From NCBI GenBank assembly GCA_030602805.1, contig JAUVZA010000001.1, forward strand, positions 2,426-66,425: DNA of 64,000 nucleotides, read 5' to 3'. This document shows, one piece after another, positions 1-7,849 of this stretch. The stretch comes from Dehalococcoidia bacterium (GTDB lineage Bacteria; Chloroflexota; Dehalococcoidia; Dehalococcoidales; JAUVZA01). The position numbers and the translations under genes are program-made. The stretch's first letter is position 1. Each line of letters begins with the position of its first letter. The notes under the pieces were generated by a model that was given only the letters and a program-made list of their open reading frames with translations, was not told the origin of the DNA and ran no database searches.

Positions 1-142
1 GTTAAATAGATAAATCATCGCCGGGGGGCTCGGGAAATCAAGGTATGGCTCACCCCAAGTGGCATAATTCATCCCGTCCCGTGCGGTACCTTGACCGTAA
101 TCGGGGTCAGCCCCCTGCTAGTGAGGAAATATAATAAAGGGG

Positions 143-382
143 GTGAATTCAGTGGCGGCAAAGGCTTTTGTTCTAATTGAAACAGTGGTGGGTAGAAGTA
201 AGGAGGTGGTTTCTGCTCTTAAGCAACTAGAAGGGGTAAAATCGGTTGATACTGTAACTGGACCCTATGATGTTATTGCTACAATAGAAGGAGAAACCCT
301 CAACGATATCGGCGATTTAGTCACTGCTAAAATCCATCCTATCGCTGGCATTTCCAGGACGGTGACCTGTCTGGCAATATGA
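143..382 (+). CDS. Small stand-alone Lrp/AsnC-type ligand-binding domain protein
   Basis: 79-aa ORF. The pattern KAFVLIE...VTGPYDVIATIEGETLNDIGDLV is typical of AsnC/Lrp C-terminal (RAM) domains. A purine-rich RBS (aaaggggg) lies just upstream. Confidence 0.55.
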   Translation: MNSVAAKAFVLIETVVGRSKEVVSALKQLEGVKSVDTVTGPYDVIATIEGETLNDIGDLVTAKIHPIAGISRTVTCLAI

Positions 383-404
383 GCCACCCAAACCCCATTG
401 CCTT

Positions 405-1262
405 TTAGATTTGAGCTAGGGCTTCGAGCCTCGCCAATACTTCATCTATAGTTTGCTCATCAGTAGAAGCCCCGGCAGTTATACCTATATGGCACTGACC
501 TTGAAGCCAGGAGGGCTGAATTTCCTCTGCAGTTTCAACTAGATATGTTTTAGTAGCCACAGAGCATAACTCAACAAGATGATGGGTATTAGCACTGGTA
601 TGACCACCGATAACGAGCATCAGGTCCACTCTACTAGCTAGCTTGAGGGCTGCTGCTTGTCGTTGTCTAATATCATGACATATGGTATCAATAATGCGTA
701 GTTCAGAGTCTTTAGCCAAGGCAGAATCAATAAGCTTCTTTACAAATTCAGTAAAATGAGCTGGTACCTGAGTCGTCTGGGATAGAACACCTAAACGACG
801 AGGTAGATTGTCAAACCTAGCTATAAACCTCTCATCTAGCGTAGCCACTCCCTTACCCTTAGCCCAACCAAGAATACCCTTGACCTCAGGGTGGTCAACA
901 TCACCATATATAATAGTAAAAAAACCGGACTCAGCTAATCTCCGAGCCGCAACCTGGGCTCGGTGAACAAAGGGACAAGTAGTATTAATTATGTCAATAC
1001 GCCGAGCCCTAATCTCCTCCTCTAGTTGTGGGCTCACTCCATGAGAGCTAATAGCTATCGTGTCACCCCGTATATCATCAACACTCTTGGCTACCCTAAC
1101 CCCAATCTCGGCTAGTCTTTGTAGCACCGGTTGGTTATGCACCACAGCCCCCAATGTTTCCACCCCACCACGCTCGCGAGCAACCTTCTCCAGGATATTG
1201 ATGGCTCGCTTAACCCCAAAGCAAAACCCTATTCCAGCCGCTTTTTCAATCCTCAATGTCAT
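405..1262 (-). CDS. ispH: 4-hydroxy-3-methylbut-2-enyl diphosphate reductase
   Basis: 285 aa. N-terminal GFCFGVKRAI motif, plus later SHG and TICHD Cys/His contexts characteristic of IspH/LytB. Confidence 0.9.
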   Translation of the reverse strand: MTLRIEKAAGIGFCFGVKRAINILEKVARERGGVETLGAVVHNQPVLQRLAEIGVRVAKSVDDIRGDTIAISSHGVSPQLEEEIRARRIDIINTTCPFVHRAQVAARRLAESGFFTIIYGDVDHPEVKGILGWAKGKGVATLDERFIARFDNLPRRLGVLSQTTQVPAHFTEFVKKLIDSALAKDSELRIIDTICHDIRQRQAAALKLASRVDLMLVIGGHTSANTHHLVELCSVATKTYLVETAEEIQPSWLQGQCHIGITAGASTDEQTIDEVLARLEALAQI

Positions 1263-1902
1263 CTAATTTCCTTGCCCCGTAATCCCCACGATACTTTAGG
1301 GGGAGGAGTTCAGCTATATGCCCCATTATAGAATTAGTAAGTTCAGTAAGCTCCGCCTTAGTCAATCTACTACTAACTGGTGGCAGATAGAAGGGGTGAC
1401 CAATATTAACCGTTATCTGAGGGCGACGCAATAACCAGGTTACACCCCTAATCTTTTCTGTCCCAATAATGCCTACGGGCAGGATAGGAGCACCACTACG
1501 CATGGCTATTAGCGCTGGGCCGGAGAAGGCGGGTCGCAGCCGACCACTGCGGCTCCTCGTTCCTTCAGGGAACGTGACTAGAGCCAAGCCATCAGCGAGT
1601 ACCTGATATGCTTGGCGCAGTGCCTTTCTATCTAGTCGCCCTCGGTGCACTGAAAATGCACCAAAACTACCTATAAAGTAACCAATCACCCTAAAACGAA
1701 ATAACTCCTTTTTAGCCATAAATATCACTTTCCGGCTAAGGCTAACACCAAGTAAAGGCGGGTCAGCTAGACTAAGGTGATTGGCTACTATTAGCAGGGG
1801 GCCTTGGCTAGGGATATTCTCCCTGCCCTTGACCTGACAATGAGTCAAGAGTTTTAGTAGCACCCTTACTATTACTCTGGCGACATAATAGAACCAGGGC
1901 AT
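1246..1902 (-). CDS. plsC: 1-acyl-sn-glycerol-3-phosphate acyltransferase
   Basis: 218 aa. Acyltransferase motifs NHLSLADP (HX4D) and FPEGTRS. The stop overlaps the ispH start by 17 nt. Confidence 0.8.
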   Translation of the reverse strand: MPWFYYVARVIVRVLLKLLTHCQVKGRENIPSQGPLLIVANHLSLADPPLLGVSLSRKVIFMAKKELFRFRVIGYFIGSFGAFSVHRGRLDRKALRQAYQVLADGLALVTFPEGTRSRSGRLRPAFSGPALIAMRSGAPILPVGIIGTEKIRGVTWLLRRPQITVNIGHPFYLPPVSSRLTKAELTELTNSIMGHIAELLPLKYRGDYGARKLDDIED

Positions 1903-2161
1903 TATCCCACTCTCCCCAGATAAGAAATTGGTGCTTGATAATTATAGCCTACGGCTGGGGATAAAGCCAAACCTTGATTAGACTTGACTTTTATCCCATA
2001 ATACCCAAGGGGAAACATGAAAAGATTAAGCATTGGTAAAAGATGTGGAAAAACTACTACCCCAAATCAAAGTCTGGGAGATAAAACTAAGCAGCCGACT
2101 AAAACATTCTTCCCTGCCGGTAACGAAAGCCCTTCATCAGATTGAGGTTAATAAAATAATC

Positions 2162-2743
2162 TTAATCCTTTTCATTACTTGTCCCTATTATCTCCTTGAG
2201 AGCTGATGAGTAGGCTCTAAAGGTTTGAGAATCAAACAGCACGAATACTACTTCCCTGACAGAAGTAACGCTTTGGCGAAGAGAGGCAATAACTGTCCCG
2301 ATGGCCAGTCTTGATGCCTTAGCCACTGGATAGCCATAGGCGCCGGTGCTAATTGACGGGAAAGAAATACTAAATAATTGGTTCCCCATCGCCAGTTTTA
2401 AGCTCTCCTGATAGGCACTAGCCAACAGTTCAGGCTCTCCTTTATCGCCTCCATACCAGATAGGTCCAACAGTATGAATGACATGCCTTGCCTTAAGATT
2501 TCCACCGGTTGTCATTACTGCCTTACCTGTTGGCAGATGTCCTTGTCTGGCTACAATCTGCTTACACTCCTCTAAAATGGCAGGACCTCCTGTCCTGTGG
2601 ATTGCTCCATCCACTCCACCACTACCCATGAGGCTGGAATTGGCAGCATTAACTATGGCATCAGTATCCTGCTTAGTAATGTCCCCTTGAATTATGCGCA
2701 GCTTTGCTTGGTTAATAGTAACTTCCACAACTTGCTTCTCCAT
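2162..2743 (-). CDS. Macro-domain protein (ADP-ribose binding / O-acetyl-ADP-ribose deacetylase type)
   Basis: 193 aa. IVNAANSSLMGSGGVDGAIHRTGG and later ISTGAYGYP motifs are typical of YmdB-like macro domains. Confidence 0.85.
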   Translation of the reverse strand: MEKQVVEVTINQAKLRIIQGDITKQDTDAIVNAANSSLMGSGGVDGAIHRTGGPAILEECKQIVARQGHLPTGKAVMTTGGNLKARHVIHTVGPIWYGGDKGEPELLASAYQESLKLAMGNQLFSISFPSISTGAYGYPVAKASRLAIGTVIASLRQSVTSVREVVFVLFDSQTFRAYSSALKEIIGTSNEKD

Positions 2744-2861
2744 ATCCTCACCTCTATATTTCTCTACTGCGTCAAACTAACGACTATTCTTTCAGTAAGC
2801 AGGGTGGAAGGAACACTACTTACCCGCTCCAACCATGATTACACCGTATTTAGCTTCCGGC
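2726..2861. repeat. 136-bp direct repeat, copy A (5' leader plus first 6 codons of the macro-domain gene)
   Basis: Identical to 7478-7613 except for one position (c2816 vs t7568). Both boundaries were checked base by base. Confidence 0.95.
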
Positions 2862-2869
2862 AAGTAAGC

Positions 2870-3718
2870 TTAACCAAATAATTGCGTTGACATATCTTTA
2901 TGTAAAAGTCCTACCGCATCGGCACGGCATTGTCGGCAATGCGTCATTTGTTTAATAACTTTGGCACATTCATCCTGTAACCTCTTCCTCTCAGTAGGCG
3001 AAGGAGGACTAAGGTGAGTAAACTTGAAGAGAGGAATTAGAGGCATGATATTTTGCATGTAAACTCCAAGCTCTTTAATTTTTGTAGCCACTTCAATGAT
3101 ATGATTATCATTTATGGTAGGAATCATGACAGTGTTTACCTTGACAACTATTCCCTCTTTAACAGCCATCTTAATCCCCGCTAATTGATTATTGAGTAAC
3201 ACTTCCGCAGCTTCAACCCCTTCTAGCTTTTTACCCTGATAATAGACAACGGAATGGATTTTTGCTCCTATAGAGGGGTCAACGGTATTTAAGGTTACGG
3301 TCATAGTGGCTAGCCCTAATTGCTTTGCCGATTCCACTTTTTCTGGTAGCAAAAGTCCATTGGTGCTCATGCATTTATGTAGATAGGGAAACCTATCTTT
3401 TACTAGGCGAAACGTTTCAAAAGTTTCTTCATTAAATAGAGGGTCTCCTGGCCCGGCAATGCCTACTATCCTTATATTAGGAAATTTTTCAATTACTTCC
3501 CTAACTCTTCCCACCGCCTCTTGAGAGCTGATGACCTTGCTTGTCACACCAGGTCTACTCTCATTAACACAATCATATTCTCTACTGCAATAATTACATT
3601 GAATATTACACTTAGGAGCAACAGGCAGGTGAATCCTGCCCACGCGGTCGTGAGCTTGATCGCTGAAACACGGGTGCTGGCTGATAATATCGCTTGTCAC
3701 TAAGCTATCTAGCTTCAT
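2870..3718 (-). CDS. NifB-like radical SAM protein (radical SAM core only, no NifX-like extension)
   Basis: 282 aa. CNIQCNYCSREYDCVNESRPGV closely matches the NifB radical-SAM signature. Last gene of the nitrogenase-like cassette. Confidence 0.8.
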   Translation of the reverse strand: MKLDSLVTSDIISQHPCFSDQAHDRVGRIHLPVAPKCNIQCNYCSREYDCVNESRPGVTSKVISSQEAVGRVREVIEKFPNIRIVGIAGPGDPLFNEETFETFRLVKDRFPYLHKCMSTNGLLLPEKVESAKQLGLATMTVTLNTVDPSIGAKIHSVVYYQGKKLEGVEAAEVLLNNQLAGIKMAVKEGIVVKVNTVMIPTINDNHIIEVATKIKELGVYMQNIMPLIPLFKFTHLSPPSPTERKRLQDECAKVIKQMTHCRQCRADAVGLLHKDMSTQLFG

Positions 3719-3749
3719 TACACTCCCTCTATGGACGGCTCTACCTTAC

Positions 3750-4592
3750 CTATGCCTTCAGATGCCGCCGGTACAAAGCCTCCAGCTCAGATAGTTCCTC
3801 CAGCGGTGTCGGGATGACAGGAGAATCGTTGTTTATCACCTTTTCCGCCAACTCGCGGAATACCCCAGCCTCTGCCGACTGAGGAGAATGCTCCAGCACT
3901 GTTTGGCTCTCTACCTCACAGGCCTGAATCACCGGGCTGTGCGGGACAAAATGGACAAGCTTAGTTCCCAATCGCCCAGCGAAGTCGGAGAGAACCTCCT
4001 TCTCGAAACTATCCTGTCCGATACTGTTGCATATCACGCCAGCCAGCCCTGTTTCACCCCGCCGTGAGAGGCGGCGAATTGCTTTAGCAATGTTGTTAGC
4101 GGCATAAAGGCTCATAAAGCCTCCAGAGCAAATTAGGTAAATCTCCCTGGCATAGCCCTGACGAATTGGCTGGGCAAAGCCTCCGCAAACCACATCACCC
4201 AAAACATCGTAAACAACCACATCAACGCTATAGGTGTCGAAGGCCTTGAGGTCCCTAAGAATGTTGATTGCGGTCAGCACCCCCCGACCAGCACAGCCAA
4301 CCCCTGGCTCAGGTCCCCCCGATTCCACACAATAAACCCCCTGATGCCCCACAAAGACGATATCCTCAAGAGCGATGGCATATTCGTCACGCCCCATTCT
4401 CAGGTGCTCTCGATAGGTTTCGAGCACTGTTGGGATCAGCTGTCCCCCGGTCAGAGTCCTGGTGGAGTCTCTCTTGGGGTCGCAGCCTACCTGCATAACC
4501 TTCAAGACCCTTTGCTGCAGAGCAATACAAAGATTAGAGGCTATGGTGCTCTTGCCAATGCCCCCCTTGCCATATATTGCTATCTGTCTCAT
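3750..4592 (-). CDS. NifH-like ATPase / Fe protein of a nitrogenase-like enzyme
   Basis: 280 aa. P-loop [10 protein letters not shown]. Both 4Fe-4S Cys contexts are present ([11 protein letters not shown] and GDVVCGGF). Confidence 0.85.
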   Translation of the reverse strand: MRQIAIYGKGGIGKSTIASNLCIALQQRVLKVMQVGCDPKRDSTRTLTGGQLIPTVLETYREHLRMGRDEYAIALEDIVFVGHQGVYCVESGGPEPGVGCAGRGVLTAINILRDLKAFDTYSVDVVVYDVLGDVVCGGFAQPIRQGYAREIYLICSGGFMSLYAANNIAKAIRRLSRRGETGLAGVICNSIGQDSFEKEVLSDFAGRLGTKLVHFVPHSPVIQACEVESQTVLEHSPQSAEAGVFRELAEKVINNDSPVIPTPLEELSELEALYRRHLKA

Positions 4593-4595
4593 CCT

Positions 4596-5939
4596 TTACC
4601 ACCTCGCCTTGTATTCTCGCTGCCGTGACCGATATTTATCTCTCCAGTCGTTCTGGATGAACTCAATGATATTCAGCATGCCGGTGTAGCCGAAGTACTC
4701 ACGATTGATTATACGGAAACGTGTGGTGGGGGAAACCAGCAAAAAGACAAAGGGTATGTCCAGCTCCTCGACGGCGTGCTTTTCGATATTGCTGCCGAAG
4801 ACGATCTCCGGCTTGAGGTCAGCCAGCGCCACCTTCGACTGGTAGACATCAGCGCCATAGATCACCCGAGGGGCAAGGTTCAGCTCCTTAAGTTCCTTCT
4901 CCAAAACCCTTCTGGCTACCTCCTGGGAGGAGCGAAGACAGATGAGCTGGGGAACCATCTCCAGGTCCTCACTGATGAAGTGAACCAGGGGGATGCCTAC
5001 CGTAGCATCAGCAACGATTGCTACTGGCGCTCGATGCATAAAGAACTGCTCCAGACCCTTTCGCCGGCAGACCTCCACCACCATCTTCTCCCCCTCATTA
5101 GCTAACTTATCAGCCACCTCGCCGACACCGAACCTCTCCCCCAGCTCTCTTAGCCAGCGGCGGGTGTTGGTGAAGCCCACGGGCAAGGGGATATCCTGGC
5201 ATAGCTGCTCGACGCCAAACTCCGAAGCTAAATAACCGGCTGCCTTGTGACCACAGTCATGGCTCAACACCAGTGATGCCTCGCTGGCCGACACTCTTGC
5301 AAAATCGCTGAGGGCCGTCTGATGGGTGATGGTAGCCGTCACCTCAACCCCCATCCGTGAGAGCACGCCTTTCACCCACTCAAGGTCACCCATCCAGGTG
5401 GGATTGGCATTGGCGTAGGGAGCAATAAGGCACACCGATTTGGCTATCTTTTGCCCCCTGTCTACTATCAGCTTTTTCAACAGCACATCCAGGGCTATAT
5501 CGCTGCCATCGTATTGAGAGCCACGAAAGCCGGCGCACTGGATGGGCACCACATCGAAGTTCACCTGGCTACGCACATCCTCACAAACGGCAACGATGTC
5601 GTCGCCCACGATCTCGGGCCCGCAGGAACTCAACACAAAGACAATGGGAACATTGAATTCCTGGGCCTCCAGGATAGTGCGGGTAAGGAGTTCCTCGCCG
5701 CCATGGACAATCTCATTCTCACAGAGCTTGGTGCACAGGGTTAAGGTTTCTGTATAGTCAGCGTCCTGCCAGCCAAAGGCAGAGCTCACCAGCATATTGC
5801 AGCCCTGTGGTGCATAGGACAGGACGCAGCAGCCGCTAATGCCCAGAGCGGCCTGCGCGGCACCGTAGAGGGCACAGCGGAGATAAGGGTCGTGGCATTT
5901 CTCAGCCGTAGCTGTCACAAATTTACCGGTTGTACTCAT
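4596..5939 (-). CDS. Nitrogenase component-1 beta-like subunit (NifK/NifN-like)
   Basis: 447 aa. Cys residues in RCALYGA, YAPQGC and SSCGPEIVGDD contexts resemble NifK positions 70, 95 and 153. The start overlaps the upstream stop as ATGA. Confidence 0.7.
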   Translation of the reverse strand: MSTTGKFVTATAEKCHDPYLRCALYGAAQAALGISGCCVLSYAPQGCNMLVSSAFGWQDADYTETLTLCTKLCENEIVHGGEELLTRTILEAQEFNVPIVFVLSSCGPEIVGDDIVAVCEDVRSQVNFDVVPIQCAGFRGSQYDGSDIALDVLLKKLIVDRGQKIAKSVCLIAPYANANPTWMGDLEWVKGVLSRMGVEVTATITHQTALSDFARVSASEASLVLSHDCGHKAAGYLASEFGVEQLCQDIPLPVGFTNTRRWLRELGERFGVGEVADKLANEGEKMVVEVCRRKGLEQFFMHRAPVAIVADATVGIPLVHFISEDLEMVPQLICLRSSQEVARRVLEKELKELNLAPRVIYGADVYQSKVALADLKPEIVFGSNIEKHAVEELDIPFVFLLVSPTTRFRIINREYFGYTGMLNIIEFIQNDWRDKYRSRQREYKARW

Positions 5940-7348
5940 GACTGCCGATCTCCGTATAGAACCCGCCGAAATAGCTTCGAGCGAGGACGGCCAGCGTTGA
6001 CTACCGCCGACTCCACCAGCCTGGCTAGGTTAACAATGCCGGGATAACCATAATGGGGATAGCCGGTACGAGTGGTCAGGTTCACCTGAGGTATGCCGGG
6101 TTGTCTCATCGGGGTGCCAAAAAAGATGGCATTATTATATTCGGTGACCAGCTCTTCCAGTTGAAATTCCGTTTGCCAGGAGGAACGGAAGGTGCCCAAA
6201 GAAAAGATACCCTTGGTGAGCACCACCTCAGGGTTCTGCCCCGTCTCCAGAAGAAACTTTATGCTGGGCATCCTCTCCTTAATGGTGTAGGGGTGGATAT
6301 TGATAACCACCGGTCGCGCTCCGAACTCCTCAACCATTCTGGCTATGGAGAGGGCCCTGATCGGGCCAGGGAATTCGGCTACTTCAATAAGAGCTGTCTT
6401 GTCATTAAGATTCCTTCTCAGAGATTCGGCTTCCTCTTTGACCCCATCCGTCTCCTTCTGGATCACTTCTCTGGCCTTTTTCTCCAGACCCAGCGGCCTG
6501 GCTACTCCCATAATCCACTCCTCGGTTGCTCGGAGGCCGTAGGGCTGACCGGTACGGCTGTAGGCTATGCCGTATCTTTTCTGCATAAGGTCACCCAGCT
6601 TCTGCCCCCAGTCGTAGCACCACGAGGCGTTGAGCTCCACCTCGCGCGCCCGGCGAATCTCCTCCAGGGTGCAGCCACCACAGAGAACGGCATTGATGTC
6701 AACCCCGATGGCGTTTACCAACCTGATGATCTCATCCAGGTCTTCCCGCCACTCGGTGTAGGTAGGGCCCACCCTGGCACCGAGGATATTGATGGTTTTC
6801 TGCCTCTTCTGCCGCGGAGGCTCCATTAGATCCATGATAACCCGGAACGCATCCTCGAACCCGCTGCGGAAATCTCCACCGAAGCCCTCGCTGTGTATGG
6901 CTATCACCTTGGCGTTAACCGACTTCTCCGCTTCCTCAGCGATAGTTTCCACATCATCACCGATGATGCCTGAGCAGCAGCAGGAAAGGATAACAATGAG
7001 CTCAGGGTGATACCTTGCCTCCGCTTCCTTTACTGCCTCAACGAGCTTTCCCTCGCCACCATAGACAATATTGGTCTCACCCAGGGCAGTGCAACTGGTA
7101 GGCTCGAGGGGAACACCCCGGTATTCACAACTGGTCAACTTGTAGGCACTAGCCACGCCATAGGTGCAACCAACAGGGCCATGGATCACCGGTGCCATGT
7201 GACGAATACCATTAACCACCATAAAGGCCGTCCAGAACTTACAGGGGGGAGCATGAGAGGCCTGTAATTTGGGGATCATTTCTCCCTTTTCCACTTTCTC
7301 CAGCAACTGCTGTAGATTACCTCGAAAGGCGATATAGTCCTCGTCCAT
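5936..7348 (-). CDS. Nitrogenase component-1 alpha-like subunit (NifD/NifE-like)
   Basis: Cys residues in PPCKFW, HGPVGC, SCCCSGIIGDD and LNASWCYDW contexts. The preferred start is Met35 of the track ORF (7348), with GGAGG 8 nt upstream. The longest ORF would start at 7450. Confidence 0.7.
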   Translation of the reverse strand: MDEDYIAFRGNLQQLLEKVEKGEMIPKLQASHAPPCKFWTAFMVVNGIRHMAPVIHGPVGCTYGVASAYKLTSCEYRGVPLEPTSCTALGETNIVYGGEGKLVEAVKEAEARYHPELIVILSCCCSGIIGDDVETIAEEAEKSVNAKVIAIHSEGFGGDFRSGFEDAFRVIMDLMEPPRQKRQKTINILGARVGPTYTEWREDLDEIIRLVNAIGVDINAVLCGGCTLEEIRRAREVELNASWCYDWGQKLGDLMQKRYGIAYSRTGQPYGLRATEEWIMGVARPLGLEKKAREVIQKETDGVKEEAESLRRNLNDKTALIEVAEFPGPIRALSIARMVEEFGARPVVINIHPYTIKERMPSIKFLLETGQNPEVVLTKGIFSLGTFRSSWQTEFQLEELVTEYNNAIFFGTPMRQPGIPQVNLTTRTGYPHYGYPGIVNLARLVESAVVNAGRPRSKLFRRVLYGDRQS

Positions 7349-7477
7349 TCCTGTTGCCTCCCTTCCAGCTAAATCGAGTAGGATTCCAACTGACAGCCGG
7401 TTTACCAATGCTAGGCCGGCTGTACCATCTACAGTGACACAACATAGCATAACGCCCTGTCGGCTCTGGCGTCAACT

Positions 7478-7613
7478 CACAACTTGCTTCTCCATATCCT
7501 CACCTCTATATTTCTCTACTGCGTCAAACTAACGACTATTCTTTCAGTAAGCAGGGTGGAAGGAACATTACTTACCCGCTCCAACCATGATTACACCGTA
7601 TTTAGCTTCCGGC
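7478..7613. repeat. 136-bp direct repeat, copy B (upstream of the nitrogenase-like cassette)
   Basis: 135/136 identical to 2726-2861. On the minus strand it carries the stub ATG GAG AAG CAA GTT GTG AGT TGA, which is the first 6 macro-domain codons followed by a stop. Confidence 0.95.
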
Positions 7614-7849
7614 TCTTCTTTCTGACAAAGTGCTTTTATTCAGCAGGCGGCACCGGTCATCAACATAACTTTTTACTATTTCAGGGCTAGCTAACTCAAC
7701 ACGCCTATCGGACAAAAAGCTATCAATCCGAACTTTTCTAGCCTGCAGCTTCTCTTGGCGATATTGATAAGTTCACTGCCAGAAAAAGAGATAGACACCT
7801 TTAATACACTCCCTCCCCTAAATTTATAGGGCAGATGTTCCGCTTCTGC

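Noticed and set aside
2744-2861. Assigning the duplicated leader to a known riboswitch class
   Set aside because: One plausible hairpin (GTAAGTAG...CTGCTTAC) was found, but there are no diagnostic conserved nucleotides of any riboswitch I can recall. It needs an Rfam scan.
6053-6829. 258-aa plus-strand ORF, plus several shorter plus-strand ORFs across 4268-7267
   Set aside because: They are entirely antisense to the strongly supported nitrogenase-like genes. Their composition is Pro/Arg/Gly-rich and typical of antisense frames, and they lack an RBS or any recognisable motif.
2870-7450. Calling the cassette a functional nitrogen-fixation (nifHDK) operon
   Set aside because: No nifE/N/V and no regulatory or Mo-related genes are nearby. 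By-eye alignment suggests several FeMo-co-environment residues are not conserved. Only a nitrogenase-like assignment is justified without phylogeny.
7349-7450. Long N-terminal extensions given by the ORF track (also 11301-11336, 33889-34068, 35809-35844, 54735-54797, 62656-62718)
   Set aside because: In each case an internal start has a well-spaced Shine-Dalgarno sequence. Using it removes overlaps with upstream genes, or produces a canonical signal peptide or domain start.
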